DNA of 64,000 nucleotides from a virus. Its lineage: Duplodnaviria; Caudoviricetes. The stretch lies in IMG/VR virus record IMGVR_UViG_3300021255_002485, positions 67,802-131,801 of that record; one strand, 5' to 3'. The translations under genes were made by a program, and so were the position numbers. Of this stretch, positions 18,891 to 28,942 are shown one piece after another (positions within the stretch are counted from its first letter, which is position 1; each line of letters opens with the position of its first letter). The notes beneath the pieces are model-generated. The model worked only from the letters and a program-made list of their open reading frames with translations, was not told the DNA's origin and did no database searches.

Positions 18891-19408
18891 TCGCTATCCC
18901 CTAACAATCCAGACACATCATGTCCTTTTCGTTTATGACTGCCAATGTCATAGTCTTCATCACTATGTTGTGCCGCCTTAAATTCAATAACTTTGGCTTG
19001 CTGCTTAAATAATTCTTGCATATGCTGTTTCTCTTTATAGATATCCATTACATTATTATTGATAATAGCAAAAATATACTTGATCTCCGCAGTTTCATTT
19101 ATAAACTGCTTTGTATTTAATGCCCATGCTATATCTTTAGATACCTTCATCATAGTCTCATATATAACGTCATAGCCGAACGGTTCTAATTCTTTGAGTA
19201 ACTTAAAAATATAGGTATTCGGCTTCATTTGAGATTCATACCCCAGGATCTCCATCATAAAATCAATGCACTTCTTACGATTTTCACTATTTTTCACTAT
19301 TTCTTCGTAAGCTGCTTTGGAACTATAATATCTTCCATTCGGAGCCTTATAAGCGTCATTCATGTCGCCTTTAGTTCCCATATCCCATATTTTTACTATC
19401 CTACCCAT
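18887..19408 (-). CDS. hypothetical replication protein (YorH-like position, possible helicase loader)
   Basis: KYIFAII.NN motif; coupled to the helicase gene. Confidence 0.6.
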   Translation of the reverse strand: MGRIVKIWDMGTKGDMNDAYKAPNGRYYSSKAAYEEIVKNSENRKKCIDFMMEILGYESQMKPNTYIFKLLKELEPFGYDVIYETMMKVSKDIAWALNTKQFINETAEIKYIFAIINNNVMDIYKEKQHMQELFKQQAKVIEFKAAQHSDEDYDIGSHKRKGHDVSGLLGDSE

Positions 19409-19570
19409 AAAATCACCTATATAATCGCTGTGGCTGAAACCGGATATCTACTATATATCTGAACGAATAAAAAAATCCTACTATCTGACATAGAGTAAAG
19501 CTGCGGGAAGCGAATACCGCTTCCCACATATATATGTCTCTTTCGCGAACTAAAACGAACCACATCTTAT

Positions 19571-20710
19571 TTATTCCTCAACTAACTCGTTTATCTTATC
19601 TGCTATCTGCTCAAGATGCTTAGTAGGCACTTCATCTGGATTCTTGAAATTCTTGACTCCAAGTTCTTTCATAAGTTCTTTGACTTCTGTAGCAGCGTCT
19701 TCAGATAAACCATTAAACTTAATCTTGATATCCTCTATTAATTCCTCGTTACGTTCTTCATCAATCTTGAGTTCCTTTGCATTTTTAGAATACTCAGAAG
19801 CAGCTTTAGCCTTTTCCTTATCCTTGGCTTTCTGAACTTTTTCAGCTTCTTTATATGATACCCCGCTTTTTGCCTGCTCTGCCTTTATAGCATCCTGAAT
19901 AGCCTTGATAAACGCATCTGCATCAAACGGAATTCTATCGACGATATCAGCAAATCTCGATTTGCTATCAATGCTAAAGCTATCGTCTCTAAACGTAATA
20001 ACACGAGATTCCGACATAACCTTGTTAACCGTGATATCCTTCTTCGTAACAATATTTTTACGCCCTGTATTCTCTTTGATGATCTCTCGATCAACGTAAC
20101 CTACAGCTATAATATCCATCTTGTTACGAATAGCGTTAAAATATCTCTGCTGAGCATCTGCTGTAAGCTGCGAATAAGTTTCCTGTGTAACAGGATCGAT
20201 GATATCAGATCTCTTTGTGTGAGATATAATAAATGAATGTACTCCAACATTTCGAAGTTCCCACATTTTATCAAGGATCATGTTAATACAATAATCCTGT
20301 CCCTTGCCAAAACCACCCCATGCTGACAGAATTGTTTCAGCTCTCTTATCGGGATTTTTCTTATTGTATTGTCTAATAGTTTCGATTTCTCCGAGACGAA
20401 TTAATTCATCCAAGCTATCCCAAATAACTACTTTAAGTTGCGGATAATCCTCGTCTTTGTTATCTACTATATCTCCTACTACTTCTACGAGTTTGCTCCA
20501 ATCCTCTATAGGCTCAGATATAATATTAGAGATAGCATCAACTCCACCCTCTCGTCCTATATTAAAATGAATGTAACCATCTTCGCCTACGAGTTTTTCG
20601 CAAATCTCTTTACTGATGGTTGTTTTTCCTATTCCTCCAATCCCGGCTAAACATATGTTGAGATCAAGGGGATTAAGGCTAATTACGTTTTTCTTACCAA
20701 ACTTTCCCAT
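19571..20710 (-). CDS. AAA ATPase (AAA_24/Sak4-like, SPbeta YorG-like)
   Basis: GIGGIGKTT Walker A, VVIWDS, IISH, SKSRF; start MGKFGKK after GAAGGAG. Confidence 0.85.
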   Translation of the reverse strand: MGKFGKKNVISLNPLDLNICLAGIGGIGKTTISKEICEKLVGEDGYIHFNIGREGGVDAISNIISEPIEDWSKLVEVVGDIVDNKDEDYPQLKVVIWDSLDELIRLGEIETIRQYNKKNPDKRAETILSAWGGFGKGQDYCINMILDKMWELRNVGVHSFIISHTKRSDIIDPVTQETYSQLTADAQQRYFNAIRNKMDIIAVGYVDREIIKENTGRKNIVTKKDITVNKVMSESRVITFRDDSFSIDSKSRFADIVDRIPFDADAFIKAIQDAIKAEQAKSGVSYKEAEKVQKAKDKEKAKAASEYSKNAKELKIDEERNEELIEDIKIKFNGLSEDAATEVKELMKELGVKNFKNPDEVPTKHLEQIADKINELVEE

Positions 20711-20776
20711 TGGCTTTTCTCCTTCCTGCCAAGGGCGACTCTTCTGCGAGCCGCCCAACTTCGAAATGGTTAATAG

Positions 20777-21985
20777 TTATCCAAAAAGATCCGCTAAATC
20801 GTCATCATCGTCGTCATCATCGTCATCAACCTCATCCTCGGGTTCGGGTTCAGGTTCTTTTTTTGCCTTTGTCTTACTCTTTTTAGGCTTCTCTTCCTCA
20901 TCCTCTGGTTCGTTCATATCAAATGGAGGATCATCATCTGATGCTGTAGGACAGAATATCTTTTCCTCGAATTCATCTGGAGTATCATCTACTTCAACCA
21001 TGCCGTCCTGATATGTCCCGGTGGTATTCGGGAAATTTGTAATTCTCCATTCTACTATGCGATTACCATATGATCTGCCCTTTGCAGCAAAATCTTCGAC
21101 CTTGGCAAGACCGCAATCCACCTTCATCTTCTGAAGATCTGTCAACATATCGTAGGTGATGTTCTCCGCATCCCCCATATCTTGTGCTCCATTGAAGTAT
21201 GAAATCACAATTTCATTGGAGTAGTATTTCTTGCCCTTAAGATTGTTAACAATTTTTCCGTCCTTATATGAAAGACCAAGATTCATCAGATTATACTTAA
21301 GCATCTTGAGGTGTTGGTCGTTTTCAAAATCAATTCTTGAACAATCAAGGATAAGCTGAATAGGAATATATCTATTCTCTCCGCCATCAGATCCAAGATC
21401 TCTTCCAGACAGATATTCCTGTGTATACGCATTGATATAGATCTTCTTCTCTTCCTTGAAATCTGTTGTATCTATACTCTCCTTATTCCAGTAAATTACT
21501 GTGGTCAGTTCCAGCTTATTCTTACGCTCATCGTCCTTATCTACTACATAAAGATTATTAATCTGAAATCTTTTTGACTCTTTACCGTTGTAGAAATTCT
21601 CCTGTGTCTGTCCGGTAACTGCGAATCTCTTATCCTTCAACTCATCTATATGATCCTTGATATACTCGCAAAAATCATATGGAGTGATAAATTCCTGTCT
21701 GTCGTCTCCATCTGTTATTACATTCTTACGATAATTTACTACTGACTTAATAACATCGTCATCAAAACGATCATCCCAATCAATATCAATATTATTTCCG
21801 TCAGTATCCTTTGTCTTAATTATGTCGTTCTGCCAGCCCACAGCTTCGACATAAGCACGATTATTCTTTGATACTATTACAGTAGCATTGATACCAAGTC
21901 CGCTATCTCCTATCTTTCTTACCGCGGGTACTTTGGCATCTTCTTTAGTGTTAAATTCTAACTGCCCTACAAATAAAAACCTCAT
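20777..21985 (-). CDS. putative ssDNA-binding protein (YorF-like) with acidic tail
   Basis: First gene of the replication operon; C-terminus DDDDDDDDDDDLADLFG as in SSB-type tails. Confidence 0.6.
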   Translation of the reverse strand: MRFLFVGQLEFNTKEDAKVPAVRKIGDSGLGINATVIVSKNNRAYVEAVGWQNDIIKTKDTDGNNIDIDWDDRFDDDVIKSVVNYRKNVITDGDDRQEFITPYDFCEYIKDHIDELKDKRFAVTGQTQENFYNGKESKRFQINNLYVVDKDDERKNKLELTTVIYWNKESIDTTDFKEEKKIYINAYTQEYLSGRDLGSDGGENRYIPIQLILDCSRIDFENDQHLKMLKYNLMNLGLSYKDGKIVNNLKGKKYYSNEIVISYFNGAQDMGDAENITYDMLTDLQKMKVDCGLAKVEDFAAKGRSYGNRIVEWRITNFPNTTGTYQDGMVEVDDTPDEFEEKIFCPTASDDDPPFDMNEPEDEEEKPKKSKTKAKKEPEPEPEDEVDDDDDDDDDDLADLFG

Positions 21986-22035
21986 AAAAACTCCTTTCGT
22001 TTATATATTTGCTTGTTTGTTTTATTATACCCCTG

Positions 22036-22064
22036 ATTATAATATCATATTTTAATTATGTCAA
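22036..22064 (-). promoter_or_regulatory. sigma-A promoter of the replication operon
   Basis: TTGACA-TAATTAAAATATGATAT(17)-TATAAT. Confidence 0.85.
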
Positions 22065-22068
22065 TTTA

Positions 22069-22350
22069 TTATCGAATGTCTGGACTCGTTTCGTCCAAAT
22101 ATAGACATATTATTCCTGAATCTCTGGTGATTAGAATTGTATTTTTATCCGTATATTCTATACTTATAACCGAATTTATCGGAAATTCTAATCTCAACTC
22201 TCCCTCTCCCATTAATTCTACAGAATCACCAAACATTGTTACACTAACAATACTCATAGCCACATGATTCGATAGTCCGTCATTATCCGTTACTGTATAA
22301 CGAATACGATCCTGCTCAGCAATTCTGTCAAGTAACTTCTCAAAATCCAT
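22069..22350 (-). CDS. SOS-regulated hypothetical protein (candidate antirepressor)
   Basis: GGAGG RBS; own promoter with a LexA box. Confidence 0.7.
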   Translation of the reverse strand: MDFEKLLDRIAEQDRIRYTVTDNDGLSNHVAMSIVSVTMFGDSVELMGEGELRLEFPINSVISIEYTDKNTILITRDSGIICLYLDETSPDIR

Positions 22351-22381
22351 AATTTTTTACCTCCCTCTACAAATACCTCTC

Positions 22382-22426
22382 CGAACGTCTGTTCTATTAT
22401 TATATCCCTCACAAATCATATGTCAA
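22382..22426 (-). promoter_or_regulatory. sigma-A promoter with LexA (SOS) box over +1
   Basis: TTGACA-16-TATAAT followed by AGAAC-AGAC-GTTCG, matching the Firmicutes consensus CGAAC-RNRY-GTTYG at 13/14 positions. Confidence 0.8.
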
Positions 22427-22491
22427 ATCTTTTTCGTATTATGTATGGTTTTAATTATTGTGTTTACATATCCAAGATTAACACCGTAGTG

Positions 22492-23442
22492 TTAATCTGT
22501 CAACTCTAAATATTTATTCCATTTATCAAGGTATCTTGCCTTTGCATATATTGGACCGTATTGATTGCTTATTTCTTCGTGATAACTTTTTATCGCTGTT
22601 TCTGCATCTATATTATCTTTTACCATAAAATCTCTAATCATTTGCAGTCTGCCGCTCTCAAATAACATAGAGCTAGAAATGGCTGGAGTGTCACATTCTT
22701 CTTTTAATCTTTTTATATTTACAGACATGGTGTGCAGGAAAGCTGTTGCTGACGCTCCTTCTTTTTTATTTGGCTTTGATTTGATTATTTTTTTGTCCGA
22801 TGTCTCATAATTCATTATTCGATCTACACCACCGTATAATCTGTATTCATATACTTCTGCTGAAGCCTTAGCTAAATTAATTAGTTCATATGATACTTTA
22901 ATAGTTCTTCCCGGCAGCTCGACCATATCTCCTTTGAAATTATCCATCGTTAAAGCTTCAAAGTCACTATATCCTTTACCACCTATTCCTTCAAATAAAG
23001 CAAGGATCAAGAAACGCTCATATTCATTGAGTATTTTAGGATTCTTGGTTAACTTGATTGCCCCGGCTCTGTCAACAATTCCCTTGTCCAAATATGCAGA
23101 ATTAACACATTGCTGATTAAGGATTTCTCTGTCTATTTCGGTGAAATGATTCTGAGAATCCGGAATCATAGCATTAGTTAAGCACCATTGTGTATACATA
23201 TTCAAATGTGAATGTATCATCATAAGACTTTCAAGAGATCGAGTAACTCTTGATTTATAAAAATCTAATATTTCAGGCACAGTCCATTCACATACGTCTT
23301 TATTAAGATCCATCTCGAATTGAGCTGTTTCAGTAAATCTATTGATTAAAACTTGTTTAGGTGTTTGATTTCTTTTACCGGTAGATTTTTCCATAGTGAA
23401 TTCTTTGATGAAAGTCTCTTTTCTTTTTTCGTTGTACATCAT
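22492..23442 (-). CDS. integrase-fold repressor, SPbeta MrpR/YopR (SroF)-like
   Basis: MYNE..K..FI N-terminus, core-binding domain, LFEGIGGK in place of catalytic GxR, no HxxR; third gene of the triad. Confidence 0.7.
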   Translation of the reverse strand: MMYNEKRKETFIKEFTMEKSTGKRNQTPKQVLINRFTETAQFEMDLNKDVCEWTVPEILDFYKSRVTRSLESLMMIHSHLNMYTQWCLTNAMIPDSQNHFTEIDREILNQQCVNSAYLDKGIVDRAGAIKLTKNPKILNEYERFLILALFEGIGGKGYSDFEALTMDNFKGDMVELPGRTIKVSYELINLAKASAEVYEYRLYGGVDRIMNYETSDKKIIKSKPNKKEGASATAFLHTMSVNIKRLKEECDTPAISSSMLFESGRLQMIRDFMVKDNIDAETAIKSYHEEISNQYGPIYAKARYLDKWNKYLELTD

Positions 23443-23448
23443 AATAAT

Positions 23449-24675
23449 TCACCTCCTCACCTTTTTATTCAGCTCTTTTAATAATTCAGATAAAGCTATG
23501 GCTTTCCTCATATTAAAATGACCTTCCCAATATTGTTTATTATATATACCGTTTTTACTACTATCATTCAACATATATGATTGCTCCGCTAAATTGCTAT
23601 TACAGTTTTTCATTACGCAAACAGCACAGTAAATAAAGCTTCGCTTCCATTTTACATCAATAATAGTTGGGTCTTCTTCAATCATTTGATCTAATTTACC
23701 TTTAATTTCCTCCGTAATTTTCATAGCTTCTGATCTTTTGATTTGAGCAGTATTATAAAAACACTTTACCGCTATAACAAACTCAGGAAAATCAATAATT
23801 CCTTTATTACGAGATATTATCCCATGAGCCATGCTATCAGCAACTCTCTCTCCAATAAATACAGAATAATCATTCTGATTATATGATTCGGAATCCACCT
23901 TTGACATTTGCGTTTTCTGATCTTCCTGCCATATGAAATGTCTAGCATGATCTTCAGTGAAATTAACAATTCTCAATTCCATCTCATAATCAAAATCATG
24001 ATTTTTGGTATACACTTTTGATAAGGCGTGATATCTATGATATCCGTCCAAAATATCAAAGTATTTAAGAGAATAAATTGTTAATTTATGAGTCTCCGAG
24101 TCATAACTAAAATCTGTGCCTTCTATATCTGGAATATTTAGAGTTATTGTATTGGGAATGTACGCATCTTCCTCATAACTTGTTTCAATCTCCTTGACGG
24201 CTGCTTCATTAATAGCTATTTGATATACCTCATGCCCATGAGTTATTTTACGTTCCAATGTACGTTGTGTACGTTCATTATAATTAATAATCTGGGCATC
24301 TCTAAATCTCATCAGTTCCTGTGCCGTAATTTTCCCTATCCATTGATTAGACCTAATTTGGATCATATCGAAAGTTAGTGGAAAATCTAAGGATATCTTA
24401 TTGAATTTCATTTTGGAATATTTCTTTATCTCTTGAGGACTAAAATAGCTTTGGATTTCTTTTTCATTGAAAAAAATTATAGCCAATGCATATAAAAGAA
24501 AATCACTGGCATCTTCTGTTGGAATCTTCAGTGTTAAATAATCAGAAGATAGCCCTCTAGGAATATCGTATGTCTTATACAACGTGTCACTATAGCTTTT
24601 TATTAAATCGGATTTATCGCTTTTTGACGCGATATCATTGTTCAGTTTACTAAAAAAATCATCACTACGTAACAT
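23449..24675 (-). CDS. DGQHR/DndB-like (ParB-fold) protein, YopQ (SroE)-like
   Basis: YNERTQR, PNTITLN, ILDGYHR motifs; position between two integrase-fold genes. Confidence 0.78.
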   Translation of the reverse strand: MLRSDDFFSKLNNDIASKSDKSDLIKSYSDTLYKTYDIPRGLSSDYLTLKIPTEDASDFLLYALAIIFFNEKEIQSYFSPQEIKKYSKMKFNKISLDFPLTFDMIQIRSNQWIGKITAQELMRFRDAQIINYNERTQRTLERKITHGHEVYQIAINEAAVKEIETSYEEDAYIPNTITLNIPDIEGTDFSYDSETHKLTIYSLKYFDILDGYHRYHALSKVYTKNHDFDYEMELRIVNFTEDHARHFIWQEDQKTQMSKVDSESYNQNDYSVFIGERVADSMAHGIISRNKGIIDFPEFVIAVKCFYNTAQIKRSEAMKITEEIKGKLDQMIEEDPTIIDVKWKRSFIYCAVCVMKNCNSNLAEQSYMLNDSSKNGIYNKQYWEGHFNMRKAIALSELLKELNKKVRR

Positions 24676-24698
24676 AACCCCACCTCCATTTTCACCTT

Positions 24699-24781
24699 AT
24701 TCTAAACATATTCGGTTAAAAATGTCAAGTTATGTATACTTGTATTTTTAATTTTTTCGCAAACTTATACCGAATATGTTT
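24699..24781 (-). promoter_or_regulatory. promoter with a 13-bp inverted operator pair
   Basis: TTGACA-18-TAGAAT; AAACATATTCGGT (24704-24716) and ACCGAATATGTTT (24769-24781). Confidence 0.6.
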
Positions 24782-24839
24782 TATCCATTCCTTATTTTCA
24801 TCTCTAAATTATCCAATTTAACCATCTCCTTCCACGTTT

Positions 24840-25835
24840 TTAAATGTTAAAATTAATCATATCCGCAGCTTCTGCCCTTTCGTTTCCCTCTGTTACTGCA
24901 TAAAGCTTTGTAGTACTGACTGATGCATGACCTACCGCCCTGCGAACAAATTCAAGATTTCCTGTTCTGTTGTAAAGAATAGATACATATCCCGCCCTTA
25001 ACTTATGTGGAGACAATGCTTTTCCTATACCTGCTTTGGTATATTTTTTCACCATTTTAGCAATTGAGGTAACAGCCATCCGATTGCCTTGGTTAGACAG
25101 AAATAAACTTGAAGCATTTACCTTTTTAACATATCCGTCTCTTACAGCTAACCATTCTTTGATCGCTATTGCCGTATTCTCGTTGAATTTATATTCCATG
25201 CTCTGTTTACCTTTTGCTATACCGATAATCTTATGAGCCTCAAGATCCACATTTTCTATATTAATCTCAGATATAGCAGATTCTCTTATTCCGGTACACA
25301 TCATAAGAGCAAGCATAGCCTTATCTCTTTTACAAATCATTTCATTAGTGTTTTTATTAACCGAATATAAAATTGCATTGAAATCATCCTCAGTTAATAA
25401 AACCCGCTTTTCATTCACTCTTTCCTGATCTGTCGATTTTGGTTTTTTGATGTTTGATAGATAGTTTTGATCTATGTATCCCATCGAAACCAGAAAAATC
25501 ATAAAACCATTCAAACATGTCCATATACCTTTCTTGTATGAACCTGATGCATATTTTACATTACCTTTATTATCAGATATCGTTTCGATTTTTGAAAAAT
25601 ACTCCCATACTACCTCAGTATTAATGTCTGCCGCTTTAATTTTAGCAACATCTAAATCTATAAATGATAAAAACTTATGAATTTTACTTAAATAATTCCG
25701 ACAAGTCTGTGCTGTCATCCCATTTGCTTTCATAAATTTATAATACTCTGAGACAAATTCCGGCATTGCTTCAAGTTTCTTTTGATTTGCTTCTTGGATC
25801 TGAAGATCATGTTCTAATCTGCCTTCCATAATCAA
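24840..25835 (-). CDS. tyrosine recombinase (XerC/D-like; YopP/SroD-like position)
   Basis: Intact catalytic set: GIR, AKGK, HKLR, GH, KLY. Confidence 0.92.
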   Translation of the reverse strand: MIMEGRLEHDLQIQEANQKKLEAMPEFVSEYYKFMKANGMTAQTCRNYLSKIHKFLSFIDLDVAKIKAADINTEVVWEYFSKIETISDNKGNVKYASGSYKKGIWTCLNGFMIFLVSMGYIDQNYLSNIKKPKSTDQERVNEKRVLLTEDDFNAILYSVNKNTNEMICKRDKAMLALMMCTGIRESAISEINIENVDLEAHKIIGIAKGKQSMEYKFNENTAIAIKEWLAVRDGYVKKVNASSLFLSNQGNRMAVTSIAKMVKKYTKAGIGKALSPHKLRAGYVSILYNRTGNLEFVRRAVGHASVSTTKLYAVTEGNERAEAADMINFNI

Positions 25836-26095
25836 TCCTCCATTTTATTTTCAATCATCTTAAGTCTTTTATACAAATCACTTAAGAAATTATAGAACTC
25901 TTCTTCCCAATCTTTCCCATCTCCGTCTCGATCCTGTGCTCTATCATATTGCGAAAGTTTTTTATCAATAGCAGTGCATATCTTATCTAATTCCACTCTG
26001 TTCATATACTTCTCCTAAATAATCTTCCCTATATATTCATCCCATCTATGTTCTCTAAAGCAAGGAAGGTAACATTTGCTCTTAACCTATTTTAT

Positions 26096-26437
26096 TCATT
26101 TCTCACTTTTGTAGGGTGTTGGCTCTTCATAATCCATATATGCTAACACGTAATCAACAATATCTTCTGACCATTCTGTCATATCCCAATATAATTTTGT
26201 TACTACTAATCCAATATCTCCACCTAATGTCACCCATAATATTCTATCTTTTGGTAATTCCTTACTTGGATTTGATACAGGAATCCATTTGTTCAGATTT
26301 TCCGAACTGCTCATTTGCTTTTCAAGAAGATCCATCAAGTTAGCAAGAAACTTGCACACTTCCTGCTGTGTACCGGTGCCACCATTATCTCGCAATTCTA
26401 TTATAGTTTCTTTTAACTCTTGCCATTGTTCTGTCAT
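26096..26437 (-). CDS. hypothetical protein (C-terminal WIPVS..LP, DUF551-like)
   Basis: KWIPVS..ELP...AYMD motif. Confidence 0.65.
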   Translation of the reverse strand: MTEQWQELKETIIELRDNGGTGTQQEVCKFLANLMDLLEKQMSSSENLNKWIPVSNPSKELPKDRILWVTLGGDIGLVVTKLYWDMTEWSEDIVDYVLAYMDYEEPTPYKSEK

Positions 26438-26608
26438 TATTTATCCCTCACTTTCCTGTGGCTCAATCTGTTGAACAGTAATATTTCAAAAGGCTTCTGA
26501 TAGCTTCTTTTTGTTTATCTGTTAATTTTTTAGTTTCCAATAATTTATCTATGACTACTAACTCCTCAAATGAAACATCATGAGGCTCACTTGGTTCTCT
26601 GTATTTGC

Positions 26609-26830
26609 TCATTCCTTATCCTCACTTCCTGACTTATTTAATGGATTGATAGATTCAAGATATTCTGTTAAAGTCATACCAGCTTTTTCTGCTTCTTTAG
26701 TCCACTGCTCTGTCTTTTCTATAATCTTATCTTTGTTAAAAATCATGTATATCCATACAAGCGTTCGTTCTTCCTCTGTCATTTTTTCAAAAATGTTATC
26801 ACCCATATTATTCCTCACTTTCTGCCTCAA
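26609..26830 (-). CDS. small hypothetical protein ending SEDKE
   Basis: ORF with the shared junction tail; probable start MGDNIF. Confidence 0.6.
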   Translation of the reverse strand: MRQKVRNNMGDNIFEKMTEEERTLVWIYMIFNKDKIIEKTEQWTKEAEKAGMTLTEYLESINPLNKSGSEDKE

Positions 26831-27122
26831 AATCAGTAATGTTATTGATAAATTCTATCGCCTTGTCTTTGGCTTCAAGTATTTCTCCGTTTTCATATGA
26901 TTTTATTGCATCTTTAAGTATCTGTATCTGATTTTCGTCATCCATAAATTTCAAAATCTCCTTTCTGTAACATATCATCTACCTGCAATCGAACTTTCAT
27001 CATAAATAATTCGTCCTTTAATTGTTCCATTCTTGCTTGTATTCGTCCTAAGTCTTGATTATTTTGTGACAAACTTTTCATCTCTTCTTCAGTATATCCA
27101 TCATACTTAATCATTTGTTATA

Positions 27123-27428
27123 TCATACCTCCTTGCTTTTGCACTTGTCGATGATCTCTAATACATCAACATTCCAAATTCGCTCAGGTGTGTCCCCGTC
27201 GGTAAGGCTCATTATCTCTGTTCTTATCTTGTCGAGAATAGGCTCTTGCTCTAACAACCGCTTGTAGTCTTTTAGCCATTCTGCTAACTGTCGGTGTTCT
27301 TCGGCACACGTAGAACATTGATTAGCTTCATGTCTCCAATCCAATTTAGAATATTCTAAATCCTGCGCTTCGTTTTCTTTCTCTTCCGCAACTTCCTCTG
27401 CGTGTTTAATTGCTTCATCAAGTTTCAT
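27123..27428 (-). CDS. hypothetical phage protein (LDEAIKHAEE...EHRQLAEWL family)
   Basis: Recognisable accessory family; GAGG RBS. Confidence 0.75.
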   Translation of the reverse strand: MKLDEAIKHAEEVAEEKENEAQDLEYSKLDWRHEANQCSTCAEEHRQLAEWLKDYKRLLEQEPILDKIRTEIMSLTDGDTPERIWNVDVLEIIDKCKSKEV

Positions 27429-27556
27429 TCGCTTACCTCACTTCCTGCCTGTAACGAACAATCTATAGGCTTTCCAAGTATATCTAATACTCCATCAACT
27501 TTGTCAGCAAGTCTCCGGGGTATCTATAATCACCGTTGATTTGTTCATTCCCTCAC

Positions 27557-27745
27557 TCACTTTCTCCAATCTGTAAATCCGATATAGGCATTGTGACCCC
27601 AATGTTCTATCTCTTCGATATCAAATGAAACATTGTTCTTTTCTGTAGATTCTTCATCTTTTCTTGATTCATCTGTGGTAGCCACAAAAACCTCTGCGTT
27701 CATATCCTCTTCAAGCAATCTTGTTATCAGTTCTTTGACTTTCAT
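27557..27745 (-). CDS. small hypothetical protein
   Basis: MKVKELI-type N-terminus. Confidence 0.65.
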   Translation of the reverse strand: MKVKELITRLLEEDMNAEVFVATTDESRKDEESTEKNNVSFDIEEIEHWGHNAYIGFTDWRK

Positions 27746-27748
27746 TTC

Positions 27749-28138
27749 TTATTCTTCCTTTTCTGTTTGTGTTTCATAATCACAATAATTATGATTTGTG
27801 CAATTCTCGCATTTTGTCTTACTACAATCTATCTTTGCGGGATCCTCGCTTTCTATCTGTGGCTCGTCCATAATCTCAACATCTTTTAGCCGTACTCTTT
27901 CAAGTTCTGAATCATCGTCTATCAGAGTGTCACATACGACTATCAGTATTTCTTCGCTGTAATTGTGCCTGACATTCTCATGTGGTATTCTCCCAAATGG
28001 TAGTTCTTTCCATACATTTGAGCGTATACCGTCATTTACGATTCTATAAACAAATCCCTCTTTCATATTAGAAACGTGTTTGATCCGGCATCTTTTACCA
28101 AAAAGCCCTAAAGGGGGCATATTGTACGTGTTACTCAT
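27749..28138 (-). CDS. hypothetical protein
   Basis: 129-aa ORF downstream of a GAGG junction. Confidence 0.65.
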   Translation of the reverse strand: MSNTYNMPPLGLFGKRCRIKHVSNMKEGFVYRIVNDGIRSNVWKELPFGRIPHENVRHNYSEEILIVVCDTLIDDDSELERVRLKDVEIMDEPQIESEDPAKIDCSKTKCENCTNHNYCDYETQTEKEE

Positions 28139-28162
28139 TTTTTATCCTCACTTTCCTGTGGC

Positions 28163-28366
28163 TCAATCATCTTTATCCGCTAATCGGTAAAGCAAATAAG
28201 CTAACCTCTCACACTGTTCAGCTATCTCTTTATAGCCGCCTTTTGGAAGTGGTGTGCCGTTGGCAATAGCTCTCCATATTTTTTCAAAATGGTATGCCGG
28301 ATAATAATTAGGGCTTGATTTTGCACTCTCAATAACATCTTTGGGTATATCAATTACTATCTGCAT
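28163..28366 (-). CDS. small hypothetical protein (MQIVIDI...PLPKG paralog)
   Basis: Shares its N-terminus and PLPKG with the adjacent gene. Confidence 0.65.
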   Translation of the reverse strand: MQIVIDIPKDVIESAKSSPNYYPAYHFEKIWRAIANGTPLPKGGYKEIAEQCERLAYLLYRLADKDD

Positions 28367-28682
28367 TATCGTTCTCCTTATCTGCTTCTATAATTGTTGG
28401 TGCATCGTTAATCATATCTACGGCATAGTCATAACTTGCATATCTCCCACTTTCATATTTATTTCCATAACGGTTCCAATTATCTTTTAGAGCATTAACC
28501 TCGTTTGCAATTTTGTCTGCATCTTTTAATTTTCCGTGTCCTTTAGGAAGTGGTATACCTTTACGGATTGCCTTTGCCATTGCTAATATATCGTCGGTAT
28601 CATAAAAATCTGTGCCGTTATCAAACAATCGTGTGAAAACATTTTCATCAATATCAATTACTATTTGCATCTGTTCCCTCAC
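28350..28682 (-). CDS. hypothetical protein (MQIVIDI...PLPKGHG..DAD...APTIIEAD)
   Basis: Common Firmicutes phage accessory family. Confidence 0.7.
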   Translation of the reverse strand: MREQMQIVIDIDENVFTRLFDNGTDFYDTDDILAMAKAIRKGIPLPKGHGKLKDADKIANEVNALKDNWNRYGNKYESGRYASYDYAVDMINDAPTIIEADKENDNADSN

Positions 28683-28942
28683 TTTCTGCCACTAAACTGC
28701 TTTTTGAAATTATCCTCTCTTTTAACCGACATCATTGCATGGAGCATTTCTTTAGCTGATGTTCGGCTTATATCAAATTGTTCAGAAAGAAAATCTATCC
28801 ACTCAGAATTTGTCAATTTAATATTTGGTTGCATATTGATTAGTGCTTTTAATGCACTGTGGCTTCCTGCAAAGTTGCCATCTGGTAATGCAGGTAGTTT
28901 ATCAATATGTTCTTTAAGTCTATCCGCATCAATCACTCTCAT
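28679..28942 (-). CDS. hypothetical protein (MRxIDAD family)
   Basis: Common accessory N-terminus. Confidence 0.7.
   Translation of the reverse strand: MRVIDADRLKEHIDKLPALPDGNFAGSHSALKALINMQPNIKLTNSEWIDFLSEQFDISRTSAKEMLHAMMSVKREDNFKKQFSGRK

Noticed and set aside
20799-20840. (TCA/TCG)n trinucleotide repeat
   Set aside because: Encodes the poly-Asp tail of the SSB-like protein
16157-24675. Dnd phosphorothioation system (IscS as DndA plus a DndB-like protein)
   Set aside because: No DndC/D/E in the window; the DGQHR protein is better explained as the YopQ-like member of the repressor triad
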